Shown: piece by piece, positions 22,332 to 22,534 of the stretch
How positions within the stretch are numbered: the first letter of the stretch is position 1
Layout: each line of letters opens with the position of its first letter
Source: a virus
Strand: one strand, 5' to 3'
IMG/VR virus record: IMGVR_UViG_3300045988_014530
Coordinates: 1-22,534 of that record
DNA: 22,534 nucleotides
Program-made: the position numbers and the translations under genes
Notes under the pieces: generated by a model
The model's database searches: none
What the model saw: the letters and a program-made list of their open reading frames with translations, nothing else
Told to the model about the DNA's origin: nothing

Positions 22332-22485
22332 GTTTGGTTGATGATTAGATACCCTTTGCTATATAATACCCCTGTAAGCTCACGGATTGGCTTGTATTGC
22401 ATTTTAAGTAATTTCTAGGATAATGACAAGGAACAGACCAAAACACGCAAAATAGAACGATTTAAGAGGAATTACTGCTTATTTT

Positions 22486-22534
22486 CTGTCTCTTATACAC
22501 ATCTCCGAGCCCACGAGACTAAGGCGAATCTCGT
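22486..22534. other. Illumina Nextera adapter read-through (sequencing artefact, not phage DNA)
   Basis: Sequence reads CTGTCTCTTATACACATCT + CCGAGCCCACGAGAC + TAAGGCGA + ATCTCGT. It is the exact reverse complement of 1-49. Confidence 0.97.

Noticed and set aside
1-22534. Perfect 49-bp terminal inverted repeats that might suggest a transposon, a protein-primed linear genome or a telomere-type element
   Set aside because: The repeats are the Tn5 mosaic end plus the Illumina i7 adapter and index sequence. They are a library artefact.

Overview
Bases 50-22485 appear to be a complete or near-complete linear genome (~22.4 kb, AT-rich) of a virulent siphophage. Both contig ends carry Illumina Nextera adapter read-through (1-49 and 22486-22534), which is an artefact. 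The genome has two divergent arms around a ~610-bp non-coding control region (14579-15190). The minus-strand arm (14578 down to 171) holds 17 tightly packed, often overlapping late genes. In transcription order they are: a small ORF, a RuvC-like resolvase, a GH24 endolysin, a portal-like protein, a protease-scaffold-capsid fusion, a structural protein, the major tail protein, a tail chaperone with a candidate -1 frameshift, an unknown ORF, the tape measure protein, an HNH protein, the large terminase, a TerS-like protein, three distal-tail/host-range proteins, and a holin. The plus-strand arm (15191-22278) holds about 23 small early genes. Seven of them are under 60 aa and so are absent from the supplied ORF track. 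Recognisable early products are a RepA/AAA_25-like ATPase, a DUF3310-like protein, an HTH protein, an HNH homing endonuclease, an ERF-type annealing protein and an SSB. Genome size, the 14-kb late / 7-kb early split, the gene count and the order (lysin 3rd, capsid 5th, tail 7th, 620-aa protein 10th, holin 17th) match my recollection of the prolate-headed Lactococcus c2-type phages (Ceduovirus). That identification is inference and was not tested by any search. I found no integrase or repressor, no tRNA, no rRNA and no CRISPR array. The items most worth follow-up are: (1) the promoter-driven, relatively GC-rich, helix-forming non-coding segment in the control region, a putative ori transcript; (2) three consensus internal early promoters, two sharing a 28-nt identical -10/leader; (3) a canonical EF-hand Ca-binding loop inside the tape measure protein; (4) an in-frame SD+ATG in the endolysin linker; (5) an A7 slippery site in the tail chaperone gene; (6) a tandem 61-aa module duplication in a host-range protein; (7) a degenerate P-loop in the early ATPase; (8) an ORF whose perfect SD is followed by ATA rather than ATG. 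I cannot show that any of these is a truly undescribed system. The early-gene block of unknown function is the most likely place for one.
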